A stretch of 64,000 bases of DNA, taken from contig CM059431.1 of assembly GCA_030390025.1 (NCBI GenBank), positions 116,376,001 through 116,440,000 of the forward strand, written 5' to 3'. A program made the translations under genes and the position numbers. Each line of letters begins with the position of its first letter. The stretch's first letter is position 1. Source of the stretch: Squalus acanthias (taxonomy: Eukaryota). Shown here in pieces: positions 14,236-24,700 of this stretch. A model generated the notes under the pieces. That model did not search any database. It saw only the letters and a list, made by a program, of their open reading frames with translations, and had not been told where the DNA came from.

Positions 14236-14857
14236 TGCACCAGGTACTCATTTGTTACTCGAACAGGAAAACTTTCAGTCTTTGATTGTGCAGTTGGTAT
14301 CTGATGCAAGGTGTATCGCCAAGAATGTGTATGCCAAATGCCCCAGCAGTTATTTTATCCTTATCAAATCGGACTCTAAGAAATTTGTGGAAGGAGATTT
14401 GACCGGCTCTTGCTGGGTAAGACTTTTTATCCCCAGATCCCAGTGTCTGTGTTCTTTTTAACTTCTCGTCCTGACAGGTCTGAAGCTGTGGCTCAGGGTC
14501 TTAAAACTGAACCCAAGAGATGTATAATGAGGTGCACATTATCACAGCAATAATCATAGAGCACTTATTGATCATTTTCAAAATGAGATTTCTTTCACGA
14601 GTGAGCCATGAAGTTGGTATAAACATTTAGCTGCATGGCTCCATACAGAATAATATAAATTACGCCTATTACCAAATTTGCCTTCAGCGACCTTATAGAA
14701 AACAGCACAGCTGTTGCTTTACTTCCACATGACCGGCTATAAGCATGGTACCAGCTTTATAAAGCAACTGAATAAGCCAGATTTATGGCACTTTACTTAG
14801 AAGGAAAGCAGTTCTAGCCATTATATTAATACAGTGAGATAAAATCAGTTAGCTTTA

Positions 14858-15025
14858 CTTTTTTTTATTCATTCCTGGGATGTGGGCGTCGCTGGCAAGG
14901 CCAGCATTTATTGCCCATCCCTGATTGCCCTTGAGAAGGTGGTGGTGAGCCACCTTCTTGAACCGCTGCAGTCCGTGTGGTGAAGGTACTCCCACAGTGC
15001 TGTCAGGGAGGGATTTTGACCCAGC
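14858..15025 (-). mobile_element. LINE 3' end fragment
   Basis: Same tail as 47640-47790 and 50728-50918. Confidence 0.7.
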
Positions 15026-15859
15026 CCATGCATACTTGTGACACATACAAGCATAGTATATATTTTTGCTTTAGTGCATTTTTAATAAATGTTTTGCTGC
15101 ATCTGTGACATTTCATTAATTGTTAACTGACCTGCTGTTTTTCCAGAATGTTCTGTTTTTGTTCCAGATATCCATCATTTGTTTTTTTTTACCTTTTATT
15201 TACTATAGTCGCAAATAGAAAGTGAAATAAACAGCTTTATTTTTCTGGTGATTCAACTGCCATTTATAAACAAGGTGTGACATATTTCTCTTGTTACTCT
15301 CAGCAGGCTGTCTTGCTGTTTCCATGTTTGAATTGGCAATTGAGATCTGCCTCCTGCTCTGTCACTGAACTAGCACAGGAGGACAATGATAGGCTCTTCA
15401 CCACCCACTGGTTGAAGATATACTATTATCTTCCCCCATTGCCAATCAATATATCTTTTCTTCCCATTCCATGAAGTCAATAATGAAAACAATGCAAATT
15501 TCCCCGACGAGCATAATAATAAAAGACTTTGTTACAAGTTAGACATGTCATTTGCCTTCTAACGTTTAAAATACTAAAGCAAAGTCTTATTACTGCCTCC
15601 TACATAAGCATCCTTCATCCTTTGAATAATCCCGTGTTCTGAAATGGTAAGCAGTTTTGAATAGCAAGGAAAAGAATTGGACACACAAGTAATAAATTAT
15701 AATGTTATATTCTGTTAAGAATTTAGAGTCTGCCTTTTCAGTTCAATGCCATTCCCGCAAGCCGTCCCAGTATCTTACATTCAGGTGTGCACCCATACTA
15801 TCCAATATCTGATATAATAGCGTAATGCGAACCGTAATCTGAACTGGATATCAAGGACA

Positions 15860-16572
15860 TGAAATTCGTATCCGTAGCACCTACAAGTACGCTTAGAGTT
15901 CCAAAATGGCGTCCGCGCAGCACGCGTGCACACTTCTGGTGCAAGTCATGCCAGACACCATACTGATGAGGGCATTAGCGCACGCGCAGTGAGCATCCGC
16001 CGGAAGTATGCAGAGTAGGCAGATCATGACGTCAATCAGCATGCAACGCTGATTTGATGCCTGCGGTGCCATTTTGGAGCACAATGCTCCAGCTAACGCC
16101 CTCTCTTAACCTCGCACAGCTGAACAAGCATTCAGGAGCAGGAAGGGCACCCCCCAACGAGTGCTATTTAAAGGGATCATTACCAACTTTCAGGTTAGCT
16201 GCTGATTGATTTCTACTGGCTGCTGCTCTGATTGTACAAGTATTTGGTGCTTTCTAGAGTTATTTAAAGTTGTTAAAGTCTACAGGGAGTGGTGTGGAAG
16301 GTGCTGAAGGCCTTTGCCCTGACTTTTGCACAAACCAGATGCTCCCAAACATGGGTGCACTAGCAGGAATTCTCTTTGGAATACAGCATGACTTGCAGAA
16401 TGCTGGAAGAGGGAGGAGGAGTAGGGGGAGAAGGGCACTCAGCAGGAGGCCATATCCACCCAGGGTGTTGAAGGAGCAATTCTCCTACCTCAACCTCAGC
16501 AAGGAGCAGCGTGTGAGACGTCTGTGCTTCAGTAAGGATGTCCTCATTGAAATCTTCCACCTGCTGCAGCTA
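15860..16572 (+). mobile_element. Truncated Harbinger: left end and start of transposase
   Basis: TATTTAAAGGG at 16165, then MGALAG..RRPYPPRV..SYLNLS..RRLCFSK, homologous to the transposase N-terminus at 29940. Confidence 0.7.
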
Positions 16573-16584
16573 GATGACTGGGAG

Positions 16585-16619
<35 letters not shown>

Positions 16620-16653
16620 TCAATATATATATATATATGTATATATAAAATAT
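16585..16653. repeat. (TA)n microsatellite
   Basis: Visible directly in the sequence. Confidence 0.9.
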
Positions 16654-17048
16654 ACTTCTCTTCACTTCACCTGACGAAGGAGCAGCGCTCAGAAAGCTTG
16701 TGATTTCAAATAAAACTGTTGGGGGTAAAAATTCAGTTGGTTGTGCTTCCCGTTAGCGCCTTAAGAGGGCGCTAATGGAGCACAAAGCCGCTAACGCCCG
16801 GGCGCAGCGATGTTTGCGCCGCTCGGGAACTTAACTAGAGATTGTGCGGTGGCGCTAAAACTTACCGCTGCGACCACCTGCGCGCGCAGATTGTGACGTA
16901 ATTCCATGGTGCAACGCCCTTGTGGCGTCCCAGAGCTGAAATTGAGTGGCGCCCCCTGCCTTACCGCCTGGCGCATCCAACGACCGGAAGACTGGAACGC
17001 TATCAATCGCTGTGGGGCTGGGGGGGGGGGGGCGCTATTTAAAGGGGG

Positions 17049-18689
17049 TGTAAGGGATTCTGACCCTGCGTGTCTCGCAGCCTGTGAGATTCACGCGGCT
17101 CTGTGCAGCCTGTATGTCAGTGCGGGTTTAGGCCTTGTTGCCTGTTCTGGTCTCCAGCCAGTCTGGGAGCACTAGACACACCTGTGAGTGGTTCGAAACA
17201 CTCGCCCTTACGGTTCTAGACACTGGACTTAGATGCGAGAGCAGTAATGGAGATGAAACTCATGTAGACTCGGTTGAATGGTACGAAATGGAAAATCTTT
17301 ATTGCATGATATTTAAGATTACGAAATACATGTCATAAGCACAGATTAATGACAGTACAATCTTACAAGCAGTTATATAGCTGATCCTAGGGAAACGAGG
17401 AACGAACGACACACCGTAAATAGGGGCACACATTACAAGTATCCTTAATACTTAAACCCTCCCCTATCAATATCTGTCCTAGCTAGATTCGTAGGATTTC
17501 GAGACTCATGCTCACCACTCGTGATAACTCGGAGAAATTCCGAATAGCTGATCGGATGTTTTTCACCGCAGCACCCACGTGTCGATCAGGAGGTCTCCTG
17601 GTCCCACTTGTTTACTTGCTTCTGCTCCGGCTAGCAGGCTGGACCGTCTGCTGTGATGAAGATCTGTGTTGGTTGGTTTAACAGGTACTTTCCGAATACA
17701 GCCCAGTCAATATCATCTTTGACGATCCGTTCTTGCAAGTTCAAAGAAGTCTTCCTGGCAAGGAAAACTTGGCTGTTCGACCTACAGGCACGGTCGGGAT
17801 TTACTGACCGTGGCGATGAGTATGGTCTTCCTCTCTTCTCATCTCATCTCATCTCATCTCATCTCATCTCGGGCCTTTGGTTCCGATGCCAGTTACCAAC
17901 ATAGGTCTTCGTTACGCGACACGAGGTAGATCCGAACGGATCAGAAAATTCAACAGTCTTTTTCAAAGAGGCACCAGGCAAGCAGGAACAAGACTACGAG
18001 TCAAAAACACAGGAGCAGCCACGAGGTTACGAGTCGATCGGATAAGAGAATAAGAGAAAGATGGACGGTTGGAGCTTGTAATTATAGTACAAAATCTTCC
18101 GTTTCCCGCCCAACCTTAATGTCCTTTCTTTTGTTTGAGTGTGGCGCTCAAATGTCTTGTATGGGTGATCTCCGTTCTTAATGGGTTTCGGGGCTACTCG
18201 TAACTGTCTGAGTACCTGTTAATATTTCTCCCATTGTTAAATCGGTCGGTGTTCTCCCTGGAGGGGTTTTGTGGCTTCCAAGTGTATTGTATAACTACCT
18301 GCTAACGGCTCTCTCATCGTAGAGTCGTTGGGATTTTACATATTAATGTCTTTTGGATGGGCCCTTGATTACTCGGTACAATAGCTTTCATTCGTACCTG
18401 GGAGACCGATTTCAGTATTTATGTGTATACTGCAAACCCATAATGTCTCGTGTATTATCTTCACTGTGCTGAATCTTAATCGATCTTGCACAAATGTTTA
18501 TTGGAACGCCATCTTGTCTGCCTGTCGAAAAGTCTAGAATGTTCTGTCACGAGGTGCGGCGGCCATTTTACAGGCTGCTTGTGTCCACTTTGAGAAACCT
18601 GACAGCATTCTGCTGAAATAAAAGCTGTTTGAACGAGACTCTGTGTTTTCTCCTTATTAATAAAATCGCGATATATTGCGAATTCTACA
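17049..18689 (-). repeat. 3' LTR (1641 bp)
   Basis: Direct repeat of 28111-29746; about 5 substitutions and one extra ATCTC unit, counted by eye. Confidence 0.97.
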
Positions 18690-18701
18690 GTCCCTCCTGT
18701 T
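18690..18701 (-). promoter_or_regulatory. Polypurine tract
   Basis: Minus strand AACAGGAGGGAC directly precedes the 3' LTR TGT. Confidence 0.7.
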
Positions 18702-19139
18702 GATGCGAATAACTCCGCTTATCGTATCAAAAATCATAGTGGTGAGCAATATTATCTCGATTTCTCTCTGAATCCAGCAAATTAATCCCATAACTTTAAC
18801 CTAATTAGGGTCTCTGTGTCGTCCTTATTTCCCAAGAAAATTACATTTTATATCACCGTGGGCCTTTATTTGCCCTTAAACTTACACCACTTGTTTTCCT
18901 TCCCGGCGTAACCAGGCCGATGCCTCTCGTATCACCTGTATATTCATCTTTTATTCAGGGAAAGGAAAAACGAAACCCAAAACCAAACAATCATTTTTAA
19001 CTATAACACCATCACCAAAAATAATCAACACCAACTCTTAACATGTCGAGTTCCAAACGTATTTACAGTCTTTGAAAATCATTATCGAGTACAAACTTCC
19101 GCGGCGCACGTGGCGAGCGGGAATGACGCCATTTTCCGA

Positions 19140-21491
19140 TTACACGGTGCTTTCATCGTGCACGCGCACGTAACGTTCTCGCCACTCTCCCGTGTTTTCA
19201 TGCTTGGTGAGGCGTTTGTCTCTTTTACAATGTACGACCAATAGGAACACTACAATAAACACTTGACATACGACTAAAATGTGGGAGGCTATTCTGATCC
19301 ATGAAGGCACTTCAATATTGGTGAACAGATTCCACCACGGTGGAACTACTATATCCAGAATGTCTGTTCCTATTTCGACAGTTATCTGTTCTAATGTGTA
19401 AAAATGTTTCTGTGACACCGCGACGGCTTTTAAAAGCTTGGTGAGGTGTTCAGGGAGAGGGGGAATGAGGTATCCGAAATGCGCGACGAATCGTTGCAAG
19501 TCGGTGAAATTCTCTTTTACTGTGAGATGAACAGTGGATGGTTCAGGGATTGGGATAATTCGCTGTTGTGCTACTTGAACTTCCGCCCTGGGTTTAAAAC
19601 AGAAACTGCTGTCACTCACCGGACACCGGCTACGGTTTCCATGCTGGTAGTGTTGCGCTGCAGTGGTAACACAATATGTTCCACCCCCGATGTATGCTAC
19701 CTGCGGAGGCACATGATCTTGTGCCATTGCCTCCATGGTACAATTCATGGACTTGGCGCCAGTCGTTCTGAACCCGCACTGTGGTGTTAAAAAGGCATTC
19801 AAGTGCTGGGGGCACAGTATTATGTGTGCTCCCCTGCCACGACAACCAGAGAGATCTGTACCTGTCATCGTTTGCTCCCAGCGGATGACGTAAGGTGGAA
19901 CCGCTGCATAACGAATGTGGGCTCCCCCCTGAATGACACCAATGTTCTCTACCCGATACACCGGGGCGGGCTTTGCTGTGTCGCCCAAAACCGGCATGCG
20001 TAAAACTATACCCATAATGGTATGGTTTGATCGTCCGCAGTCCACGGGGACTGGGTATGCTTCTGAAGCTAGCCTGAGCTGGCACGGGCTCAGTGCGTTC
20101 TGAAAAGGGTGGAGCGCCCGCAGGTGTTTGTTACTTATCCAGGACGGGACCAAACCTTGTTTTAAATCCTCCAAATTACTGCGGCCTTCGCCCAGTAACC
20201 ACGCCCCGTAAAGCACGCACACCTCGTTCTGCGCAGCTTGTTCGGATGCATTCCGATCTTCCCTAATCAGGGCATTTACCGTCTTTGCATGTTTCTCCAA
20301 CTCTGCTATAATTTCCTTTAAATGGAGAGTCATGGCTTAGTCCTCGTGTAGACCCGACCCAACCACCTTATTCTCATCTGTTAGAATGTCTTTTAATTGT
20401 GTCTTTAAACCATTAATCTGGGTCTGCAGCTCCACACTGTCTAGAGCATTGACCACAGATGTACCCGTGTTAAAAGCAGTGAACGCGTCGTTCACTAAAC
20501 CCCTTCTTTGCCTCCCTACTTGATCCAAAACTTCCTGTGGTGCGGTGTACAAACTTGTTTTATCAATTTCCGCGAAATCGAATTTGTAAAATTGTCTGAA
20601 CATCTTGGTCAACAGGACCTGATACAACTGTTCCGTCTTTTTGGGGCACCACTCTGGTAACCGCACCTCGGTGAGATTTAAAATCACCGAGGCCACCGCG
20701 TAATGTACCCCCTGAAATAGTATCTGGTCTGTGGGGACCAGTACCAAACCATTCCCGGGTCCCTTACTAGTTTTAGGGCACCCTTCCTCTTCAGCTAGAA
20801 CCACCGGAATCGTGGGCGGGGCTTTGCGTGGGCGCGTAATGAGCTCAGTGGCATTTACCGGGATCGAAGAGTATGGGGCTCCGCACCCCCTGGTGCTCGC
20901 ATCCCACCTCATCCCCTGTCCGTTATCCTGCCACTGATTAATGAAAAATATGGATATGCCTTTGGGGCAAGGGTATTTTGACCCCCACATGCATACATAA
21001 ATTCCCTCGTCCGGTTCCCACCATTTGTCCCAACAGACTTTCACTTGTCCGTTTGTCCCCGTAATTGTCCGATGGGTATTATTACCCAGTCGTTCCCACT
21101 CGACCGAAGAGTTCCTCATAGTTTTGCTCAGCTTTCGCAGCCACCACCATCGGCTCAATGGGACATTCCCACTACAAGTCAAACAAATCCGTTTGCCGAC
21201 GGTGACGCTGATCCTGGGTGCGATGATCCTTACTTTGGGGCACATTAAAGAAGTCTCTTTGTAGGCAAACCCCGATGTGCTAGAATACTCCGTTGAGTTC
21301 GTTCCCAGCCATCCTGGCCACCTTCCCTTGTGGAAATAGGTGCTGGTCTCCTCTGCCTCCCGTCTTCCGGTCCCATCCACCGCGATGGGGGCCGTGTCCC
21401 CGGAACATCCAAACACCACGACATCCTTGGTGCGGCCTCGATAGGCCAATCCACATCCGATTGCCGCGAGCAATACTAGAATTCGTTCCAT
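19140..21491 (-). pseudogene. env: Envelope glycoprotein (signal peptide, Ig-like domain, class I fusion protein) with one in-frame TAA at 20337-20339
   Basis: Signal-like MERILVLLAAIGCGLA, RQRR/GLV cleavage site, heptad repeat, Cys-rich ectodomain and hydrophobic TM near the C-terminus. The two ORFs are in one frame (GAC TAA GCC ATG). Confidence 0.85.
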
Positions 21492-21777
21492 CCTTCCTTG
21501 GTTCCTGTGATCAGATAGAATGAGGTAGCCAGCCTCGCAAGAGTCTCTGGCTTTTGTGAAGGGTGAGCGGGTCCCCTGACCTCGCCTCACGTAAACTTCA
21601 ACGTTCGCTGAATAAACTTTAACTAAACCTATCTTTAAAGCTCCCATCATTTTATCGTTTTCTGTTAAAAACACTACAATCTTAACCTTATTAAAACTAT
21701 AAACTTAACCTTGAACTATGAACTTAAAACTTAAAACTTATTACTATACAGTGCCGCCCGTTCTCAGGGCGGCCCCT

Positions 21778-24700
21778 TTAAATTCTGAGAAGGCTGCTGC
21801 GAGCTCTTCCCGATGGTGGGAGGGCACTGACCCTTCCCTTTGAACTGCCGCAGCCTGTTGCTGCACTGATTCCTTCCTCTGATCTGCCGCCGCCTGTTGC
21901 TGCTGCGATGGGGCCGGGCTGTATCTGGGTTGCCTTAACCTTAAGTCTACGCCTTGGGGCAGTCTGGGGACATGACCACATCCTCCTGGGCTGGGGTTCT
22001 CTACTTGACCTACGGGGAGTTGCCATGGGCGGGGGTTCCGTGACTGACGGACCGGGTTCCGAGACTTCCATCGGGACGACCTGGGGTTCCACCACAGTCG
22101 CTGGCTCCGCCTCCGCTGACTCCGCCTCCCTAACCTCGGGGCTCGCAGTTTGTGGCTCCGCCCTGCTCAGCCCAGCAGGCGGCCCTTCACTCGCGATCTC
22201 TGCCTCCCCCGAGGGCGGGACGTTCAAAGCGGGCGGCTCTGTCTCTGGGGTCCTCACCGTCACTCCCTGTGCTCCCACAGCGGCTGGCCCCGCCTCCCCT
22301 AGCTCCTCCCTCCTGTCTTCGGGACCTGCAGCTTGTGTGTCCACCCTGTGTGGATCTCTATCTGCAGCCCGTATCCTCCCTATACCTAAAATGGGACCGT
22401 TCCCCAAAAACCACTCGTCTTCATCACTATCCTCATCTGACTCGAGTTCCCGGAATTCTCCCTCATCTGACTCCCAACCCCACAAAAATGCTTCATGATC
22501 TTCCAGGATGTCCCCTCCCCTGATGCAAGCTGCTATGCCTGCCTGTGTGCCTTGTGGTCCTACCTGGGGCTGTGCTTCCCCACTGGCGGGGTTTACCGCT
22601 GTGGTTTTCCCTTGCGCACCTGGCTTGTACAGTTTGCATTGGTTTACGTGGAACCACTTAGTGCGCCGAGGTACTTTTACGGCGTATACCATGGGACTCG
22701 CCTTGTCTACAATGTTGTAGGGTCCCATATACAGTGGTTCCAGACTCCCTACTCTGGCGTAGTTTCTGACCATGACCTGGTCTCCTACTTCCCACTCCCG
22801 CGTTTTGCGGGGTTCCAGCAGCAGGCGATTGCCCTGATGCTGCCTTCCCATGTTCCCAGCCGCCTGCTCATAAACCTGCTTCAGGCGCTCCAAGAGAGTC
22901 TGGGCGAACTTGTCCCTGCTTATCTCTTGGAGCTGACCCTCAGTGAGCACCGGCGCTAGCACATGGGTGGGGGTTCGCATGAGCCTCCCAGTCATCACCT
23001 CGTGCGGGGAGTACCCCGTACTTTTTGACTGACTGGCTCGGACCCCCATGAGGACTAAAGGCAGAACTTCCGCCCATTTTTGGGGCGAGTTCCTAGTCTC
23101 TTTCCTCAATTTCTCCTTCAGGGTCCGGTTCATGCGTTCAACAATCCCGGATGACTGGGGATTGTGTGCTACGTGCCACTTCCCTTCAATGCCCAAAAGC
23201 ATGAGGGTGTTCTGCATCACCTGGCCGGTGAAATGACTCCCTTGGTCTGACTCCACAAAACGGGGAAGTCCCCACCGCGAGAACACTTCCCGGACCAAGA
23301 TTTTTGCAGTACCCAGTGCCGTAGCTGTTCGACAGGGGAAGGCTTCCACCCACTTGGAAAACACATCCACCAAGACGAGGCAGTATTTATAACCTCCCTG
23401 AGTGGTGGGCAGGGGTCCTATATAGTCGATCTGTATCGACTGCCATGGTCCCTCTACCCTTCTTACGTGTCCCATGGGCACCTTCCTTTTCTGGGGGTCT
23501 GGGTTGTTTGCAGCGCACACAAGACAGTTTGCACAGAACTCGCGGACTTGTTCCCTGAGCCCTGGCCACCATCCCGCTTGCTCTACCCGTTGCCAGGTAA
23601 CCTCGGGCCCGGGGTGCCCTGCCCCTGGTCCCTCGTGAGCCAACTGGAGGAATTCCCTCCTGTGCTGCTGCGGCACAACCCACTGCTCCTCGCGGAACAG
23701 CATGCCTTCCTTAACTGAGAGGGTTGCCGTACTGTACGGACCTTCTACCTGCCTCCCCTCAGCAATGGTTTTTAGGACTGCTTTTAGGGCGGGATCCTGG
23801 GTTTGGACGGTCTTAAGGTCTAGGGGCAATGCTACCCTGGTGTTCCCGGGATTCCCGTCCCTGCCTTGGATCGCTGCTATGGGTCTGGTCCCATAGGGGT
23901 CCCAGAAAATGCCGTTGCGGGCACCTTCCCTGGCTAGCGCATCTGCCTGCTGGTTGCCCTCCCCACGGGGCTCTGTGGAGGAGTGAGCTTTCACCTTATG
24001 GATGAAAATCTCTCCTTCCTCCCCTACTGCTGCTGCTAAGATCTTTTCCAGCAAGGGCTTCACCGTTAAAGGTCGCCCGTCCGCGGAGGTGTATCCACGG
24101 CGGGACCAAATGGCCAGGTATTCCGTACACGAATTGCAGGTGAACATACTGTCCGAGCAAATCGTGTATGGGGTTGGGAAAATGTCTGGGTGGGTAACAA
24201 CGTACACCACGGCAGACAGCTCAGCCTGCTGCGCGCTCATGGTGCTGGGGAGCTTGATCGCCAGGGCAAGGTTTGCCGCAGGGTCATAAACTCCACACCC
24301 CGTGAGTCGTTCGCCAGCAGATACTGTGCTAGACCCATCAACATAAATCTCGCGCCCAGTGGGATGTATCCCGGCCCGTAAACCTATGTTGACATCCCAC
24401 ACCCCTTCCACCGAACACCGGTGGGTTGTACCGGGGTATACCAAATTGGCCGCAAGCCTGGGCTCGCAAAGACCTTTTACTTTAAGATCCATCTGGGAAA
24501 GAAGAAGGGTCCAGCGCGCAATGCGCACGCTGCTTACGGTCCCATCTTTAATCCTCGCATCTAGAAGCATCTTAGTTGGTGTGTGATGTGTGAGGAGAGT
24601 GATGGGAGAGAGCCCTGTGAAGATCGCTGATCTTTTCACAGCCCAATGCGTGGCTAAAAGGTGCCTTTCGCAATTGGAGAAACTTCTCTCCACATCCGTT

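Noticed and set aside
21908..22498. 196-aa antisense ORF over the pol tail
   Set aside because: Low-complexity mirror of the GC-rich sense ORF, with no independent evidence.
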